The notes under the pieces are model-generated. The model saw only the letters and a program-made list of their open reading frames with translations, ran no database searches and was not told the origin of the DNA. Position numbers and translations under genes: made by a program. A DNA stretch of 52,229 nt, the filler included, from Candidatus Woesearchaeota archaeon (GTDB lineage Archaea > Nanobdellota > Nanobdellia > Woesearchaeales > WJIZ01): the NCBI GenBank assembly GCA_018221205.1. It is 4 parts of 4 records of this genome, joined end to end, with 100 filler letters (N's around TTAATTAATTAA, not from the genome) between each part and the next. Parts side by side here need not be neighbours in the genome. Positions count along the whole stretch, not along the records: positions 22,158 to 52,229 come from JAAOYF010000024.1; 3 more parts are not named here. One strand, given 5' to 3'. Positions 33,991 through 43,462 of this stretch are shown piece after piece. Each line of letters starts with the position of its first letter. Within the stretch, counting starts at the first letter, position 1.

Positions 33991-34695
33991 TTATAGCTTA
34001 CTGATTTTGGCCAATATCTTTTCCGGATCCACTTTCAGGCCGATCTTCTTGAAATAATTTGTGACGTTATTGACGTCTCTTTGCAGATATTCCTCTGCCT
34101 GTGATGCTTTTATCGGACCGCATTGTGAAAAATCGATGAAAACTGGACGATCCTTGTAGTTAAGGATGTTGAAAGGTGATAGATCAGCATGCACCAAACC
34201 AGCCTTATGGAGCTTTCTCATATTGTCGATGATATCATCGAGGAATTTCCTTTTTGCTTTCGGCGTATGGTCTTTCAATTGAAGTGCTACCTGGGCATCA
34301 CCGATGAACTCCATGACGATGATGTTGTTCATGAACGTTATTGGTTTGGGGACTCTTACGCCTGCCTCTCTGGCTTTCATCAAGTTCCGGAATTCTCTCT
34401 GCACCCAGGCCATGATGATCTTTCTCTTCTTTCCCCTCAAATTTATGTACCGGGGATCGTCTTTGATGTAATCATACATCCTATTGAAGTCGCATGTCTC
34501 TAATCTGTAGATCTTGACTATGAGTTTCCCTTCCTTTGTTATTGCTGAGAAGATATTCGCCTCTTTTCCTATGAAGATAGGGGATTGGAGACCTTGGAAA
34601 TGGCCTTGTCCTATCAATCGAAAGATAGTTCGATTCGTAAAGTCGTCAAATACGTTATGCATCACTTTGAATTTTTCCTTTGAAATCTTTGGCAT
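33991..34695 (-). CDS. rio1: RIO1 serine/threonine kinase
   Basis: GKEANIF, VKIYR, LVHADLSPFNIL, IDFSQ. Confidence 0.93.
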   Translation of the reverse strand: MPKISKEKFKVMHNVFDDFTNRTIFRLIGQGHFQGLQSPIFIGKEANIFSAITKEGKLIVKIYRLETCDFNRMYDYIKDDPRYINLRGKKRKIIMAWVQREFRNLMKAREAGVRVPKPITFMNNIIVMEFIGDAQVALQLKDHTPKAKRKFLDDIIDNMRKLHKAGLVHADLSPFNILNYKDRPVFIDFSQCGPIKASQAEEYLQRDVNNVTNYFKKIGLKVDPEKILAKISKL

Positions 34696-34731
34696 ATAAT
34701 AAGAATATAGTATTCAGCTTAAAAATCTTTA

Positions 34732-35073
34732 TCAATAATCTGGTGCAAAACCCAGGTCTCTGGTTACATCAATAACTGGCTGAGGTGTTCCTTCCCCCTC
34801 TTCACCAAATTGATCAAATTCAATTTCAGTAAGCGTACCTACATTGTCTCCGGTTACCATCCCTTCTCTTAGTTTCATGGTAATCTGTCCATCGCGTAGG
34901 TTGCCGTATGTAGCTCCTGCCCTGACAACTTCCCCTACTCCTCCATTTCCTGATGCATAATCGAGAACCCATGCTGGACTCTTTCGAAGCCTTTCGACCA
35001 ATTGAGGTCCGATTTCAGAAGATCCTGTAGGATCAAGAACAGTCAGCCTTGTTGTCGGTAGTAAACTTTCCAT
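34732..35073 (-). CDS. Hypothetical protein
   Basis: 113-aa ORF with TTTATAAA upstream. Confidence 0.55.
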   Translation of the reverse strand: MESLLPTTRLTVLDPTGSSEIGPQLVERLRKSPAWVLDYASGNGGVGEVVRAGATYGNLRDGQITMKLREGMVTGDNVGTLTEIEFDQFGEEGEGTPQPVIDVTRDLGFAPDY

Positions 35074-35171
35074 CTATTATGGGAAAAATATATAATTTAT
35101 AAAGCTATCGATTGACTACCCTATAATAGTAATAAAATCGAAAGGTTTATATATTCTTTTACTACTCTGTA

Positions 35172-35222
35172 GTCATCACCTCTTTTTCCTCAGCGGATTT
35201 CCTCGGAAGTCCCTGGGGTTTA
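35172..35222 (+). ncRNA. Candidate small RNA with anti-SD-like 5' end and terminal hairpin
   Basis: BRE/TATA CGAAAGGTTTATATA ~26 nt upstream; ATCACCTC; stem CCTCAG-C-GGATTTC/GAAGTCC-CTGGGG followed by TTT. Confidence 0.45.
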
Positions 35223-35277
35223 TACTCATAACTGGTTCTCGGAAGTTTTATAAATTACTTCAGGTCATCTGGCGGTA

Positions 35278-36228
35278 ATGAGCAAGATACTTGTTACTGG
35301 GTCATTAGGCCAGATAGGAAGTGAATTGGTTCCTGCCTTGCAGAAGAAAGTAGGCAAGGATAATGTCGTCGGGCTTGATATCCGGGAGCCTAAAGAGGAT
35401 ATCGGTCCTTTTGTCAACCAGAATACGACTGAGCGGGAAGGATTGAAGGCTGTCCTTAAGGATAATGATATCACGCAGATCTATCATCTCTGCAGCATAC
35501 TGAGTGCGAAAGGAGAATTGAGGCCGTGGCAGGCCTGGCACGTCAATATGGATTCTATGAGAAATGTTTTGGCACTAGCCGTTGACATGGACATCAAAAA
35601 GATATTCTGGCCGAGCTCAATCGCAGTATTCGGGCCGACTTCTCCACGAAATAATACCCCTCAGAAGACGATCATCGAGCCTACCACCATGTATGGAGTC
35701 ACGAAGATGGCTGGAGAAGGATTATGCAATTATTATTTCCATAAATATGGGATGGATATACGCAGCCTGCGTTATCCTGGATTGATCAGCTACAAAGCTC
35801 CTCCGGGTGGGGGTACGACTGACTATGCTGTCGCTGTTTTTTATGAAGCGTTGAAAAGCAAGAACTATTCCTGTTTTGTCTCCAAAGACACTGTGCTGCC
35901 TATGATGTATATGGATGATGCTATCAGGGGAACATTGGAATTGATGGAAGCAGATAAAAGTAAACTCTCTGTTAAGACCAGCTACAATATGTCTGCATTG
36001 AGCTTCAGCGCAGAGGACCTGACAAAGGAAATCCAGAAGCACGTCCCTGACCTTAAGGTTACTTATGAACCTGACGAGAGGCAAAAAATCGCTGATTCCT
36101 GGCCGCAGGTGATTGATGATTCCCGAGCACGAAAAGATTGGGACTGGAAACATGAATTTGACCTGCCCAAACTGACGAAAGTCATGCTCGAGAAATTGGG
36201 TGAAAAGTTTGCCAAAGAAAAATCTTAG
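35278..36228 (+). CDS. tdh: L-threonine 3-dehydrogenase (SDR/epimerase type)
   Basis: GSLGQIG, PSSIAVFG, YGVTK, PGGGTTDY, RQKIADSWP; adjacent to kbl. Confidence 0.9.
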   Translation: MSKILVTGSLGQIGSELVPALQKKVGKDNVVGLDIREPKEDIGPFVNQNTTEREGLKAVLKDNDITQIYHLCSILSAKGELRPWQAWHVNMDSMRNVLALAVDMDIKKIFWPSSIAVFGPTSPRNNTPQKTIIEPTTMYGVTKMAGEGLCNYYFHKYGMDIRSLRYPGLISYKAPPGGGTTDYAVAVFYEALKSKNYSCFVSKDTVLPMMYMDDAIRGTLELMEADKSKLSVKTSYNMSALSFSAEDLTKEIQKHVPDLKVTYEPDERQKIADSWPQVIDDSRARKDWDWKHEFDLPKLTKVMLEKLGEKFAKEKS

Positions 36229-37471
36229 CGATGTTCTGAAGAAAGAAGTTGACCGTATCGATTCTGTCAAGACGACGAAAAGGAATGAACTGGTCATCGA
36301 AGGATTTGTCCATGAAAAAGGAAGGGCGCCTGTGGCTCTTGTCCATGGAAAAAAGCATGCTGTCTTCAACTCAAATGATTACCTTGGACTGAGGCACCAT
36401 CCTCAAGTAAAAGAAGCTGAGCATGCTGCTTCCCAAAAATATGGTACAGGGCCCGGGGCTGTCAGATTCATCTCTGGGACGATGGATATCCATCGAGCGC
36501 TAGAGAAAGAACTTGCATCATTCCATGGCAAGGAAGATGCGATGATCTTTTCTTCGTCATTTGCTGTCAATCTGGCAGTTCTGCATTGCTTCATCAAAGG
36601 GCAGAGCAAGGATTCTCTTGTGGAAAGCAATACTTTAGTTATCTCTGATGCATTGAACCATCGGAGCATCATCGACGGTATCAGGGTTGCAGGATTGAGC
36701 AAGGAGCATAAAGCGATCTTCAAACATCTTGACTTGGATGATCTGCGAAGAGTGCTGGATGAGAACAAAGGAAAGTTCTCTCGAGTCCTTGTTGTTACTG
36801 ATGGTGTGTTCAGTATGCTCGGAGAATATCAAGATCTGAAAAAGATGCAATCGGTCTGTGATGAATTTGCTGATGATTATGAAGAAGGCGTTCTTACGTT
36901 TGTGGATGATGCCCATGGTGTTGCTGGATTTGGAAAAACTGGCAGGGGTACCGAGGAGCATTGTTCAGCTAAAGTCGATATACTCATCGCTACGATGGGT
37001 AAAGGATTTGGGGCTGATGGCGGCTATGTCGCCGGAGATAAAGTGTATATCGATTATCTTCGGGAGAGTGCTGCTACGTATATCTATTCTAATCCTATCT
37101 CGCCAGGAACTGCTGGGGCTGCATTATCCAGTGTCAAGATCATGGGCTCTTCTGAAGGCAAGGCACTGCTGGATCAACTGAACAATAACATCGTCTATTT
37201 CAAGGAAGCCATGAAGAATAACGGCTTTACGTTTGCTGCTGACTCTGAACACGGCATACAGCCTATCCTTATCGGAGATCCTGTGAAGACAAGAGAATTA
37301 GTAGATGAGCTCTTCTCTGAAGGTATCATCGTTACGAATATCAGCTACCCTGTTGTTCCGAAAGGCAAGGATGAGATACGGGTGCAGATCTCTGCTGCCC
37401 ATACCCACATTGATCTGGAGGAGTGCATCGAGAAATTCAAGGTGTGCGGGAAGAAAGTCGGAGTGATCTAA
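36200..37471 (+). CDS. kbl: Glycine C-acetyltransferase (2-amino-3-ketobutyrate CoA ligase)
   Basis: SNDYLGL, VRFISGT, LNHRSIIDG, TDGVFSM, DDAHG, TMGK (PLP lysine), IRVQISA. Confidence 0.88.
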   Translation: MKSLPKKNLSDVLKKEVDRIDSVKTTKRNELVIEGFVHEKGRAPVALVHGKKHAVFNSNDYLGLRHHPQVKEAEHAASQKYGTGPGAVRFISGTMDIHRALEKELASFHGKEDAMIFSSSFAVNLAVLHCFIKGQSKDSLVESNTLVISDALNHRSIIDGIRVAGLSKEHKAIFKHLDLDDLRRVLDENKGKFSRVLVVTDGVFSMLGEYQDLKKMQSVCDEFADDYEEGVLTFVDDAHGVAGFGKTGRGTEEHCSAKVDILIATMGKGFGADGGYVAGDKVYIDYLRESAATYIYSNPISPGTAGAALSSVKIMGSSEGKALLDQLNNNIVYFKEAMKNNGFTFAADSEHGIQPILIGDPVKTRELVDELFSEGIIVTNISYPVVPKGKDEIRVQISAAHTHIDLEECIEKFKVCGKKVGVI

Positions 37472-37650
37472 ATCTTTGATAATCAGCTGATTTTTCTTCC
37501 AGATTTTATTATTTTCTATATAGAAAATATATCAAAAACAATAGGTTTTTAAATTTGAAGATACTTCCTCCTGCTATTCACAATTACAGTTAAAAAAACA
37601 ATTAGAGTGAGTTTAAGCTTAAATATAATTCATTTATATTCATAAAACAA

Positions 37651-37758
37651 GGCCCGTCACGAGAGTACTCAACGGAGCCACGCTAAAATCCTAAAATGGG
37701 ACATTTAATAATCGATTAAATGGCAACGCAATGAATTTGGGAGTTAGTGATGCGGGTC
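37651..37758 (+). ncRNA. Candidate structured RNA upstream of dnaG
   Basis: Closing helix GGCCCG-TCAC/GTGA-TG-CGGGTC plus internal hairpins; GC-richer island in AT-rich intergenic DNA; TATA ~25-30 nt upstream. Confidence 0.55.
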
Positions 37759-37798
37759 TCAGTTTTATTTAAGCTTATTCTACGCTCGGAGGATTAAA

Positions 37799-39046
37799 AT
37801 GGGTAAAGTAAGCCCCGTATCGGCAAAATATATAGTTCATGCTGGCATCTCGATTGATGGTGTTGTAGACAGACCAGATGTCATCGGAGCCATCTTTGGA
37901 CAGACAGAAGGACTTCTTGGAGCAGATCTCGAACTAAGAGAATTGCAACGAGGAGGAAGAATAGGAAGGATTGAAGTCAACACAGAGACGAAAGGAGGCA
38001 AGACAGGTGGAAGGATCCTTATCCCGAGCTCCTTGGACAAGGCTGAGACTGCAATCATCGCAGCTGCTCTAGAAATCATCCAAAGAATCGGACCTTGCAA
38101 CGCTGTGATCAAGACAGAGAGGATCGAGGATGTCAGGATAAGCAAGAGAAGATTCGTCATCGACAGAGCAAAGGAACTATTGAAACACCTCATGGATACT
38201 TCTATTCCAGACAGCCAGGAACTGGCTGATGAAGTTGCGTATTCTGTCAGGGTAATGGAGATAACCAGTTATGGCAAGGAACGACTGCCTGCAGGTCCAC
38301 AGATCGAGGATGCTGAAGAAATCATCGTAGTGGAAGGAAGAGCTGATGTTGTCAACCTCTTGAAGCACGGTTTCAAAAATGCAATCGCGATGAACGGCAC
38401 CAATATGCCTGAAACGATTGCTGAACTGAGCAGGAAGAAAGTCGTTACGCTCTTTGTTGACGGTGACAGAGGCGGCAACCTGATCATCAAGGAAGTGACT
38501 GAGAGAGCTGAGATTGACTTTGTCACCAAAGCTCCTGACGGCAAGGAAGTTGAGGAAATAACAAAGAAAGAGCTCCATAATGCCCTTCGAGCAAAGATAT
38601 CCGGAGAGCAGGCTAAATTCGAGGTTGCAGGAAAACCGAACGGAAAGCCAGAACATAAGCCAGTCCATAAAGAGAGAAGGCCGATGTTCCAGAAGTTCCA
38701 GAGACCCGCACCTCGACCAGCGCCAGCCAAGACTTTCAAAAAGGTTGAGATACAGGACAATGAGAAGAAGATCTTCTCGGGCATGCTCGAGAATCTGATC
38801 GGAACAAGAGGAGCTCAAGTGTTAGATCCAAAGCTTAAGGTCCTGGGTAAAGTGCCTATCACTGAACTTGAAGCTACAATCAAAAGTCTCGGCAAAGGTG
38901 TGTATGCTGTTGTGTTTGACGGTGCTATTGAGAGAGATCTCGTCAAGACAGCAGAGAGGGCTGATATCAAGTTTTTGGTGGGTATGGATTCTAAGGTTCG
39001 TCCTAACGAAACAAAAGTCGGCTTGGTAACAGTAGGCCAGCTCTAA
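37799..39046 (+). CDS. dnaG: Archaeal DnaG (primase-like, exosome-associated)
   Basis: DVIGAIFGQTEGLLG, VEGRADV, DGDRGG, GKEVEE. Confidence 0.96.
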   Translation: MGKVSPVSAKYIVHAGISIDGVVDRPDVIGAIFGQTEGLLGADLELRELQRGGRIGRIEVNTETKGGKTGGRILIPSSLDKAETAIIAAALEIIQRIGPCNAVIKTERIEDVRISKRRFVIDRAKELLKHLMDTSIPDSQELADEVAYSVRVMEITSYGKERLPAGPQIEDAEEIIVVEGRADVVNLLKHGFKNAIAMNGTNMPETIAELSRKKVVTLFVDGDRGGNLIIKEVTERAEIDFVTKAPDGKEVEEITKKELHNALRAKISGEQAKFEVAGKPNGKPEHKPVHKERRPMFQKFQRPAPRPAPAKTFKKVEIQDNEKKIFSGMLENLIGTRGAQVLDPKLKVLGKVPITELEATIKSLGKGVYAVVFDGAIERDLVKTAERADIKFLVGMDSKVRPNETKVGLVTVGQL

Positions 39047-39085
39047 TTAATCTTTTTTTCCTTGAAAAAAAGCTTAACCAAAACA

Positions 39086-39112
39086 GGACTACACTCCCTT
39101 CGGTCGGTAGCC
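39086..39112. repeat. Intergenic REP-like hairpin (CTCC-N5-GTCG core)
   Basis: GGACTAC-ACTCCCTTCGGTCG-GTAGCC between convergent genes. Confidence 0.5.
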
Positions 39113-39121
39113 CGACTGAAT

Positions 39122-39496
39122 TTATTTCTTTTCTATCCACATCTCTGCAGGATGCTTGAAAGAAGTAGTGTTTTTCCCTTTCTTAATCACCTGTCTATGC
39201 TGGTAGCCTGCATACATGATCTTTCTCCCTTCTACCAAGCGTATGAAGAGAAGGATGGTAAACAGGGCCATGGTTGCCCACATCACCTCTAAAGAGAAGA
39301 AGGGAAGAAACGTGTCGGTTACTTGATAATAGAGCATAGGAAGAACCATAATGACCATGACAACGATGAAGAAATAATGCATCTTTGGCCGGGCCTTATA
39401 GACGGTATAGTCTTTCTCTAGCTCCCTTGCTTCTGAGACGTCGAAGAATATTCCCATAGAAGCATTTTTGGAGTGGGTGTATAAAAAATTTAGCAT
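39122..39496 (-). CDS. Small membrane protein (start probably 39457)
   Basis: 2 TM helices. Confidence 0.6.
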   Translation of the reverse strand: MLNFLYTHSKNASMGIFFDVSEARELEKDYTVYKARPKMHYFFIVVMVIMVLPMLYYQVTDTFLPFFSLEVMWATMALFTILLFIRLVEGRKIMYAGYQHRQVIKKGKNTTSFKHPAEMWIEKK

Positions 39497-40662
39497 TCAT
39501 TGATAGAACAATAGACTTCATCTAAGATATCAACTGATAATGAACCGCCTTTCTTGTATTGATTGTTGAAGATGAAAACGGGCACGGTGTTGATGGCGAA
39601 TTCATCTGCTCGTTCCAAATCTGCTTCCAATAAGTCTTCTGCCTCATCTTCGATGCAGTTCCTTACACTGATGGAATTGTCAAAGCATGCCTCTTTATCA
39701 TTATCTTTCATGCAATTAAGATAGGGAAGGAGCATATCGTCTCTTCTCAGGCAGATCTGCCTCAGAATCTCATCACTCCCTTCATCGACGACGTATCTTA
39801 TGGTAAGATCAAAATCTTTTGTCAACGCCAACTCCTGGATATTCTCTAATGCTTTTTGAGATACTAAAGAAGAAGGATTCCAGAACAACTCCACTTTCTC
39901 AGAATCCTTGCTGTTCTTGTAGAAATAAGAAGAGCCTGATGCGGTCGGCTTGACATAATAAAAATCAATTCCTTCAATGAACATGGTCTTGGTCGAGTCG
40001 AATCTTTTTGTCCCTTGCACATCATTGTCCACTACAAATGCAGGCAAGACTTCGATGTCAAACTCGTTGATCAATGACAGTGCCTCTGATTCATCTATAG
40101 TCGTGAAACGTGCGCCCGGATAGATCTGCGTCAGAGTATTCTTCATCCTCTGGGTGTCGCATAGAACACAATCCTCGGCTGTTATGACCGTTACAGCGAC
40201 TGGAATGGATTCTTCAAAGACGCACTCTGCCTGTTCTGTTCCTGGATTAAGGCACTGACCAGTAAAGCCCGAGCGCTGGCAGTTGAGGTCTGCTGAACAC
40301 GCTGGTATGAACTCCTCTTCTGCCGGCAGTTCGACGTTCATCGAGAACATGATGATAATGACAAGAAGGATCAACGCTGCAAAGCCAAGATAGAGGTGTT
40401 TTTTCGGCAAGGTGAATTTCTTGCCGTAGGTCTCCATGACCTTCTCCTTCACTTCCTCTTTCTTCTGCTCTGGCTCCTTCGGCCCGTAGTATTCCTCTAC
40501 TTTTGGCTGAGGTTCTGGCTTTTTCTCTTCCTTCGGAAGAGCTGTCAGCTTCTCTTCAACCCTTTGCCGGGCAGCCTCATATTCCTCTTGTGTTATGATG
40601 CCGGACTTGTAGCTATCTTCGATAAATTTCAGTTCCCTTCGTAATTTTTCTGATTCAGTCAT
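39490..40662 (-). CDS. SHOCT + TM + thioredoxin/DsbA-like extracellular protein
   Basis: YKSGIITQEEYE (SHOCT), CVLC, cis-Pro loops VLPAF and TVPVFIFN. Confidence 0.7.
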   Translation of the reverse strand: MTESEKLRRELKFIEDSYKSGIITQEEYEAARQRVEEKLTALPKEEKKPEPQPKVEEYYGPKEPEQKKEEVKEKVMETYGKKFTLPKKHLYLGFAALILLVIIIMFSMNVELPAEEEFIPACSADLNCQRSGFTGQCLNPGTEQAECVFEESIPVAVTVITAEDCVLCDTQRMKNTLTQIYPGARFTTIDESEALSLINEFDIEVLPAFVVDNDVQGTKRFDSTKTMFIEGIDFYYVKPTASGSSYFYKNSKDSEKVELFWNPSSLVSQKALENIQELALTKDFDLTIRYVVDEGSDEILRQICLRRDDMLLPYLNCMKDNDKEACFDNSISVRNCIEDEAEDLLEADLERADEFAINTVPVFIFNNQYKKGGSLSVDILDEVYCSINEC

Positions 40663-41696
40663 ACTAGCTGATCCAGGATCTCTCGGAATGCCCTCCCTTC
40701 TTCTTTAGCATTACCATCAGGGAATGCATTTCCATATCGGATATACTTGCAGCCGAAGACATATGATGGAACAGCCACATCTGGATTATATTCCATGAGT
40801 ACCTGGAACTCTTCCTGAGACAGGGTCTCTTCAATCTCTCTTGTTACAAGATTATCTCCGGTATCAAGCTGCCATTCATAGACTGCAACATCGTATTCTG
40901 CTGCTACCTGCTCAAAAACATCCAGGTTGCATTTTTCACATGTTGTAGAGGTATATACTCGGATTATGGGCTTGCCGTCCTCTAGGCAAAGCTCGTCCTC
41001 GAGCATGAGGAACTCGTTTCTCTCTCCGCGATCATAGACAATGTCTGCGTTTACCCTGAGCTGCTGCAAGAATACTTCTACGGAGTCTGCTGACTTCTGC
41101 CTGTAGAGCACTGAACGGATTCCTTCTGACACTTCTTCCACTGAGATCTGATTGCCTTCTGCATCGATCATCTGTCCTTTGTTAAGCTCGTAGTATTCCT
41201 CAATCTCCCTCTCTGTCACTTCAATCTGCGGCAAGATGGTCTGATTCAGAAGCTTGTTGATGGTCAATTGGTCTGCCACCTGCCCTTCTAAAGCGTCTAT
41301 CGTGACTCCTTGGTTGTCCAATGCTTCCTCGAATGCATCATCTGTCGGGAACTGCAGCTTGATCTGGCTGATCTCCTCTGCAATCTCCCCTTCATTGACT
41401 GTTATGCCCAGGGTGTCTGCTTCCTGGAACAATAATGCACGATCTATCATCTGCTCAAGGAAATCTTCCTTGGTTATCTGGGCCTGTAGGGTGACGGGTA
41501 GACTATCATATTCCCCATCCAAATCGGCCTGAGAAATGGCCTCGTCATTCACCATGACAAGTGCTTGCGTAACTGGCTGGCGGTCCAGCTCATTGATCAG
41601 GAGATAGGAAAAGACACCAATCACTATTATTGCAAGAATTATTGTATAGGCTGCAGATTTAGCCTTCTGTTTACCCTTAGATTTCTTTTTTACCAT
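40659..41696 (-). CDS. SurA N-terminal domain + thioredoxin-like domain protein
   Basis: VNDEAISQAD, LEQMIDRALLFQEA..LGITV, CEKC, VPSYVFGCKY. Confidence 0.8.
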   Translation of the reverse strand: MVKKKSKGKQKAKSAAYTIILAIIVIGVFSYLLINELDRQPVTQALVMVNDEAISQADLDGEYDSLPVTLQAQITKEDFLEQMIDRALLFQEADTLGITVNEGEIAEEISQIKLQFPTDDAFEEALDNQGVTIDALEGQVADQLTINKLLNQTILPQIEVTEREIEEYYELNKGQMIDAEGNQISVEEVSEGIRSVLYRQKSADSVEVFLQQLRVNADIVYDRGERNEFLMLEDELCLEDGKPIIRVYTSTTCEKCNLDVFEQVAAEYDVAVYEWQLDTGDNLVTREIEETLSQEEFQVLMEYNPDVAVPSYVFGCKYIRYGNAFPDGNAKEEGRAFREILDQLV

Positions 41697-41806
41697 TATA
41701 CCACCTTGCGCGAATTTAGTGAGGGTGTATTAATAAAGTTTTCTATGATGTACTACTCTATAATGGTTTCTAAAGTTATTTATAGATAGGTGGGGTTAAA
41801 TGGACT

Positions 41807-43123
41807 ATGTATGATATTATTATCGGGAGAAATGAAGAGGATAAGAAGAAATTCGGGAATGAGGGAACGATCTTCATAGGCAAGCAATATGTGAAGATGG
41901 GCCAGACCACTTCTTTATCAAATAAGATATTCATGGATGTGTCGACAAGCCATGTCGTCTTTATCTGCGGCAAGCGAGGAAGCGGAAAAAGCTATACTAT
42001 GGGAGTGATTGCTGAAGGGATGAGCCACCTTCCAGCTGAAGTGAAGCAGAATATTGCGGTTGTGATGCTTGATACGATGGGCATCTATTGGACCATGAAG
42101 CACCCCAATAAGAAAGAGGAATTGCTGCTGAGAGAATGGGGGTTGGAGAGTGAAGGATTGGCTGTCCAGATCTATACTCCTAAGGGATTCCATACCAAAT
42201 TCAAAGAAGAAGGCATACCGACAGATTTTCCTTTCTCCTTGAAGCCTTCGGAGTTAGCTGCTTCGGATTGGTGCCTGAGTTTTGACCTTGACATCAACTC
42301 GGAAATTGGAGTTGTCATTGAGCGGATCGTCAATGAACTCAAAGAAGGCGGGAAGAATTACTCTATCAAGGATATTGTTGGTGCAGCACGCCAGATGCAA
42401 GAGGTGAAGAGTGAGATCAAAGAGGCCATCGTCAATAGATTCATCTCTGCTGATAAATGGGGATTGTTCGACAAAGAAGGAACGCCTATCAGAGATCTGG
42501 TGAAAGGTGGACAGGTTACGATTCTCGATGTAAGCTGTTATGCCTCTATTGCCGGCGCTTCGAGCATAAGGGCACTTGTTATCGGCCTTGTTTCTGATAA
42601 ATTATTCTTGGATAGGATGGTTGCGCGGAAGAAAGAAGAGTATAATTCTGTCAGGCAAGATACTTCTCTTATCGATCGAGGCATCCAGGGAAAACGAGAT
42701 CCTTTAGTATGGTTGGTCATCGATGAAGCACATGAATTCCTGCCCAATGAAGGAAAGACTGTTGCTACTAAGCCTTTAGTGACCATTTTACGAGAAGGCC
42801 GGCAGCCTGGAATATCTTTGATTTTAGCTTCGCAGCAGCCTGGGAAGATCCATACTGATGTCCTTACTCAAGCAGATGTGGTCATTGCGCATCGCCTTAC
42901 TGCGAATTATGACATCAAGGCTTTGGGCATGCTGATGCAGAGCTATATGAGGGAAGGGTTGGATAAGCAATTGAACAATCTGCCTGATGACAAAGGGGCT
43001 GCTATTGTCTTTGACGATAACAATGAGAAATTGTTTCCTATGAGAGTAAGGCCGCGCATCACCTGGCACGGCGGAAGCAGTCCGGTGGCGATGAGTAAAA
43101 AAAAGAAAGTTTTTGAGTTCTGA
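41807..43123 (+). CDS. HerA/DUF87-family P-loop ATPase
   Basis: GKRGSGKS, LVIDEAH, REGRQPG, ASQQP. Confidence 0.88.
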   Translation: MYDIIIGRNEEDKKKFGNEGTIFIGKQYVKMGQTTSLSNKIFMDVSTSHVVFICGKRGSGKSYTMGVIAEGMSHLPAEVKQNIAVVMLDTMGIYWTMKHPNKKEELLLREWGLESEGLAVQIYTPKGFHTKFKEEGIPTDFPFSLKPSELAASDWCLSFDLDINSEIGVVIERIVNELKEGGKNYSIKDIVGAARQMQEVKSEIKEAIVNRFISADKWGLFDKEGTPIRDLVKGGQVTILDVSCYASIAGASSIRALVIGLVSDKLFLDRMVARKKEEYNSVRQDTSLIDRGIQGKRDPLVWLVIDEAHEFLPNEGKTVATKPLVTILREGRQPGISLILASQQPGKIHTDVLTQADVVIAHRLTANYDIKALGMLMQSYMREGLDKQLNNLPDDKGAAIVFDDNNEKLFPMRVRPRITWHGGSSPVAMSKKKKVFEF

Positions 43124-43162
43124 AGGCGAACTTATATAAAGAATTTTAGGCTACCTTTCTTC

Positions 43163-43462
43163 ATGGTATTTTCAAAATCATTCCCACGGACCATCAAAGG
43201 AACGTCGTATCCTGTCTGGGAAGAGATATTCCTGCAAGAAGATGAGGAAAGAGAGGAAGAAGAGAAAGCTAGAAAGAAAAATATCGATCTGATGGATGAA
43301 TGTCTTGAAGATGCTAAAAAGGTTATGAAGGGCAAAGACCTCAAGGATTTTCAGACTGATATGGTAAATATTGCACTTGCCTTATTTGAGAAAAGAGCAT
43401 CTCATGTTGTGTATTGGAAAGAGAATAAAGCAAAAGAAAAATTTGATAAGAAATTTAGTTAG
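43163..43462 (+). CDS. Hypothetical protein
   Basis: 99-aa ORF with TATA upstream. Confidence 0.65.
   Translation: MVFSKSFPRTIKGTSYPVWEEIFLQEDEEREEEEKARKKNIDLMDECLEDAKKVMKGKDLKDFQTDMVNIALALFEKRASHVVYWKENKAKEKFDKKFS

Noticed and set aside
37651..37758. 5S rRNA, RNase P RNA or c-di-AMP riboswitch identity
   Set aside because: No 5S CCGAAC loop and no RNase P GAGGAAAGUCC motif; only fragmentary, out-of-order resemblance to ydaO
35722..38818. Long antisense ORFs over tdh, kbl and dnaG
   Set aside because: Codon-bias shadows of well-supported genes; no motifs
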